DNA of 39,719 bases from Pseudomonadota bacterium (GTDB taxonomy: Bacteria; UBA10199; 2-02-FULL-44-16; JAAZCA01), in the NCBI GenBank assembly GCA_043822785.1, contig JBDRBN010000024.1, positions 1-39,719 of the forward strand. The letters run 5' to 3'. Position 1 is the stretch's first letter. Each line of letters opens with the position of its first letter. This document shows positions 36,909-39,719 of the stretch, piece by piece. The position numbers and the translations under genes are program-made. Under the pieces are notes generated by a model that worked only from the letters and a program-made list of their open reading frames with translations, did not search any database and had not been told where the DNA came from.

Positions 36909-36938
36909 CTTGATATTCCCTCAAAAAGGTCTCATATA
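36909..36938 (+). promoter_or_regulatory. sigma32-like heat-shock promoter
   Basis: CTTGAT-N15-TCTCATATA upstream of clpB, resembling CTTGAA-N13-17-CCCCATNT. Confidence 0.5.
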
Positions 36939-36991
36939 AGTAACGTTTGTTGCTGAATTTTGAATTTAAGATCTAGAATAGGAGGTAATCC

Positions 36992-39574
36992 ATGCGTTTT
37001 GATAGGTTTACGATAAAGGCCCAGGAGGCCATTAATGAAGCGCAGAATCTTGCCGGCAAGTGGAACCAGCAGGAGATCTCGCCGGAGCATATGCTCTATG
37101 CGCTCCTTTCTCAGGAAGAGGGCGTGGTGCCTGCAATACTCAAGAAGATAGGCGCAGAGCCGGCGCGCATTGCCGATGAGGCCAAAAAGGCTGCACGGGA
37201 AGTGCCAAAGGTTACTGGCGCAGATGCCAGCCAGACCTTTATGTCACCAACTCTCAAGAGGATATTAGATAACGCCTTTAAAGAGGCTGAATCTCTGAAA
37301 GATGATTATGTGTCCTGCGAGCATATCCTTATAGCAATCTCAGAGGAGAAGGGGTGTAAGGCCGGAGATATGTTGCGTGCCCAGGGCATTGTAAAGAAAG
37401 TGATCCTGGCGGTGCTTGCCGATATCCGCGGCGTCCATCGGGTTACAGACCAGGATCCAGAGGGCAAGTATCAGGCGCTTAAGAAATACAGCCGTGATCT
37501 TACAGAGGCAGCGCGCCAGGGCAAACTAGATCCTGTAATTGGCCGGGATGAGGAAATCCGCAGGGTCATTCACGTGCTCTCGCGCCGTACCAAGAATAAC
37601 CCAGTGCTTATCGGTGAGCCAGGAGTGGGAAAGACTGCGATAGTCGAAGGCCTGGCTCAGCGCATCGTGTCCGGCGATATTACTGACGTACTTAAAGACA
37701 AGAAAGTGATAGCGCTGGATCTTGCAGCGCTGGTTGCAGGCGCAAAATATCGCGGCGAATTTGAAGATCGTCTTAAAGCTGTGCTTAAAGAAATTACTTC
37801 TTCTGGCGGAGAGATCATTCTATTTATAGACGAGATGCACACGCTCATGGGCGCGGGCGGCGCTGAAGGCGCGATCGATGCATCCAACATGCTAAAGCCA
37901 CCTCTTGCTAGAGGAGAGCTAAGGGCAATTGGCGCAACTACACTCAACGAATATCGCAAACATGTAGAAAAGGACGCAGCGTTTGAGCGGCGTTTTCAAC
38001 AAGTGTATGTGGGCGAACCTTCGGTAGAGGATACAATCGCAATTCTTCGCGGTCTCAAAGAGCGCTATGAAATTCACCATGGCGTGCGCATTCAGGACTC
38101 TGCTATCTTAGCTGCAGCAACGCTTTCATACCGCTACATCTCAGACCGTTATCTTCCTGACAAAGCTATCGACCTCATCGATGAGGCAGCTTCTAAATTG
38201 CGCATTGAAATAGACTCTATGCCAGTAGAGGTGGACACGATAGAGCGCGAGATCATGGGCAAAGAAATTGAGTGTGCAGCTCTAAAGAAGGAGACCGATG
38301 ATGCTAGCAAAGAAAGGCTTTGTGCGCTGGAAAAGGAAATCGCAAATCTAAAGGAACAATCTAGCGCTCTCAAAGCACACTGGCACAAAGAGCGCGATGT
38401 CATAGGCGCGATAAGGGGGCTAAAAGAAAAGGTGGAGCAGGCAAGAATCGAACAGGAGCAGTCTGAGCGCTCTGGAAACTTGGAGAGGGCAGCCGAGTTA
38501 AAGTATGGCGGCATACCACAGCTCACAAAAGATCTGGAACAAAAGCAAAAGGAGCTGGAGGAAGTTCAGAAAGACAAGAAGATGCTCACCGAGGATGTGT
38601 CTGCTGATGACATCGCGCAGATCGTCTCGCAGTGGACCGGCATACCCGTATCCAGGATGCTGGAGGGCGAGGTGGATAAACTCATCCACATGGAAAAGAG
38701 GCTGCGCGAGCGCGTGGTAGGTCAAGACGAGGCGCTTGAGAAGGTATCGGCTGCAGTGCGCCGCTCTCGCGCGGGCCTGCAGGATCCCAACCGGCCCATC
38801 GGCTCGTTCATATTCATGGGACCGACAGGCGTTGGAAAGACCGAGACGGCCAGAGCGCTTGCGGAATTCATGTTCGATGATGAGCGTGCAATGGTGCGCA
38901 TAGACATGAGCGAGTTCATGGAAAAGCACTCGGTGGCAAGGCTCATCGGCGCGCCTCCCGGGTATGTTGGTTACGAGGAAGGAGGCTACCTTACCGAGGC
39001 GGTGAGACGAAGGCCTTATTCCGTGATCCTGTTCGATGAGATCGAGAAGGCGCATCAGGATGTGTTCAACATCCTGCTTCAGATACTGGATGACGGCAGG
39101 CTGACAGACGGGCAGGGCAGGACAGTCAACTTCACCAACACCGTGCTCATCATGACCTCCAACATCGGCAGCCAGTATCTAACAGAGGTGGCCGGCAACG
39201 AAGAGCAGATGACCGAACGCGTGCTCGCAGCCATGAAAGAGCACTTCAGGCCCGAGTTCATAAATCGCGTGGATGATCTGGTGATATTCCATCCTCTTGG
39301 TAAGGAGCAGATAGCATCTATCGTTGATATACAGCTTCATAGATTAGATAAGCTTCTTGAGGCCCGTGAAATCCGGCTCACGCTTACTGATGGGGCAAAA
39401 GGGCTTTTAGCAAAACACGGCTGGGATCCGGTTTATGGTGCAAGGCCGCTTAAGAGGGCGATCCAAAAGTACGTGGCAGATCCTCTATCTACGGCTATTT
39501 TAGAGGGCCGCATAAAGGACGGCCAGGCCGTAAAAGCAGACGCCAAGGGCGATTCAGTGGAGTTTTCTATATAA
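36992..39574 (+). CDS. clpB: ATP-dependent chaperone ClpB
   Basis: Two Walker A motifs ([16 protein letters not shown]), coiled-coil middle domain, GAPPGYVGY. Confidence 0.98.
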   Translation: MRFDRFTIKAQEAINEAQNLAGKWNQQEISPEHMLYALLSQEEGVVPAILKKIGAEPARIADEAKKAAREVPKVTGADASQTFMSPTLKRILDNAFKEAESLKDDYVSCEHILIAISEEKGCKAGDMLRAQGIVKKVILAVLADIRGVHRVTDQDPEGKYQALKKYSRDLTEAARQGKLDPVIGRDEEIRRVIHVLSRRTKNNPVLIGEPGVGKTAIVEGLAQRIVSGDITDVLKDKKVIALDLAALVAGAKYRGEFEDRLKAVLKEITSSGGEIILFIDEMHTLMGAGGAEGAIDASNMLKPPLARGELRAIGATTLNEYRKHVEKDAAFERRFQQVYVGEPSVEDTIAILRGLKERYEIHHGVRIQDSAILAAATLSYRYISDRYLPDKAIDLIDEAASKLRIEIDSMPVEVDTIEREIMGKEIECAALKKETDDASKERLCALEKEIANLKEQSSALKAHWHKERDVIGAIRGLKEKVEQARIEQEQSERSGNLERAAELKYGGIPQLTKDLEQKQKELEEVQKDKKMLTEDVSADDIAQIVSQWTGIPVSRMLEGEVDKLIHMEKRLRERVVGQDEALEKVSAAVRRSRAGLQDPNRPIGSFIFMGPTGVGKTETARALAEFMFDDERAMVRIDMSEFMEKHSVARLIGAPPGYVGYEEGGYLTEAVRRRPYSVILFDEIEKAHQDVFNILLQILDDGRLTDGQGRTVNFTNTVLIMTSNIGSQYLTEVAGNEEQMTERVLAAMKEHFRPEFINRVDDLVIFHPLGKEQIASIVDIQLHRLDKLLEAREIRLTLTDGAKGLLAKHGWDPVYGARPLKRAIQKYVADPLSTAILEGRIKDGQAVKADAKGDSVEFSI

Positions 39575-39719
39575 TTATATGTCGTGCCCAAGTCAATATG
39601 TCAGGTTAATGCCCAAGCGATAATGTCAGGGTGGGCGAATGTGCAGCTAGGGCTGCCGAATTAATAGGAATGATCGGAACCATTTCCGGATCAATCCCAG
39701 GTTTTCTAAAATAGGCAAT

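Noticed and set aside
39575..39719. Possible gene fragment at the window end
   Set aside because: Too short to assign strand or product.

Overview
Bacterial chromosomal window, with gene order reminiscent of deltaproteobacteria-like lineages (taxonomy not established). Most of it is housekeeping: aldehyde dehydrogenase, HIT protein, HisA-like protein, murA, prmC, prfA, rpmE, radA, pgpA, cinA, thpR, recA, alaS, efp, galT-like, class II fumarase, TPR protein, bamD, DUF1844, DegP/Q protease, thrombospondin-repeat lipoprotein, yjbQ, an MNT-HEPN toxin-antitoxin pair and clpB. The most interesting part is the accessory block at about 1.5-6.7 kb. (i) It holds a candidate minimal RiPP system: a cobalamin-dependent radical SAM enzyme with a C-terminal PqqD/RRE-like tail, preceded by two paralogous 44-46 aa peptides. 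The peptides share a 30-aa acidic leader and have variable cores containing PPQS; one is absent from the ORF track. (ii) It has three copies of a short-ORF (ending FTT*/FTP*) + conserved spacer + terminator cassette that looks like a leader-peptide attenuator; one copy sits directly upstream of a precursor gene. (iii) A fixed-spacing GCAACT-N14-GCGATAA promoter-like motif precedes orphan genes, including a possible ADP-ribosyltransferase-fold protein and, at 16 kb, a 1344-aa SF2 helicase with 110-aa tandem repeats. Also present are a MITE with 18-bp TIRs and an 8-bp TSD, a probable HisA pseudoenzyme, and many intergenic 7- and 9-mer repeat tracts. All calls are from reading the sequence only; no searches were run.
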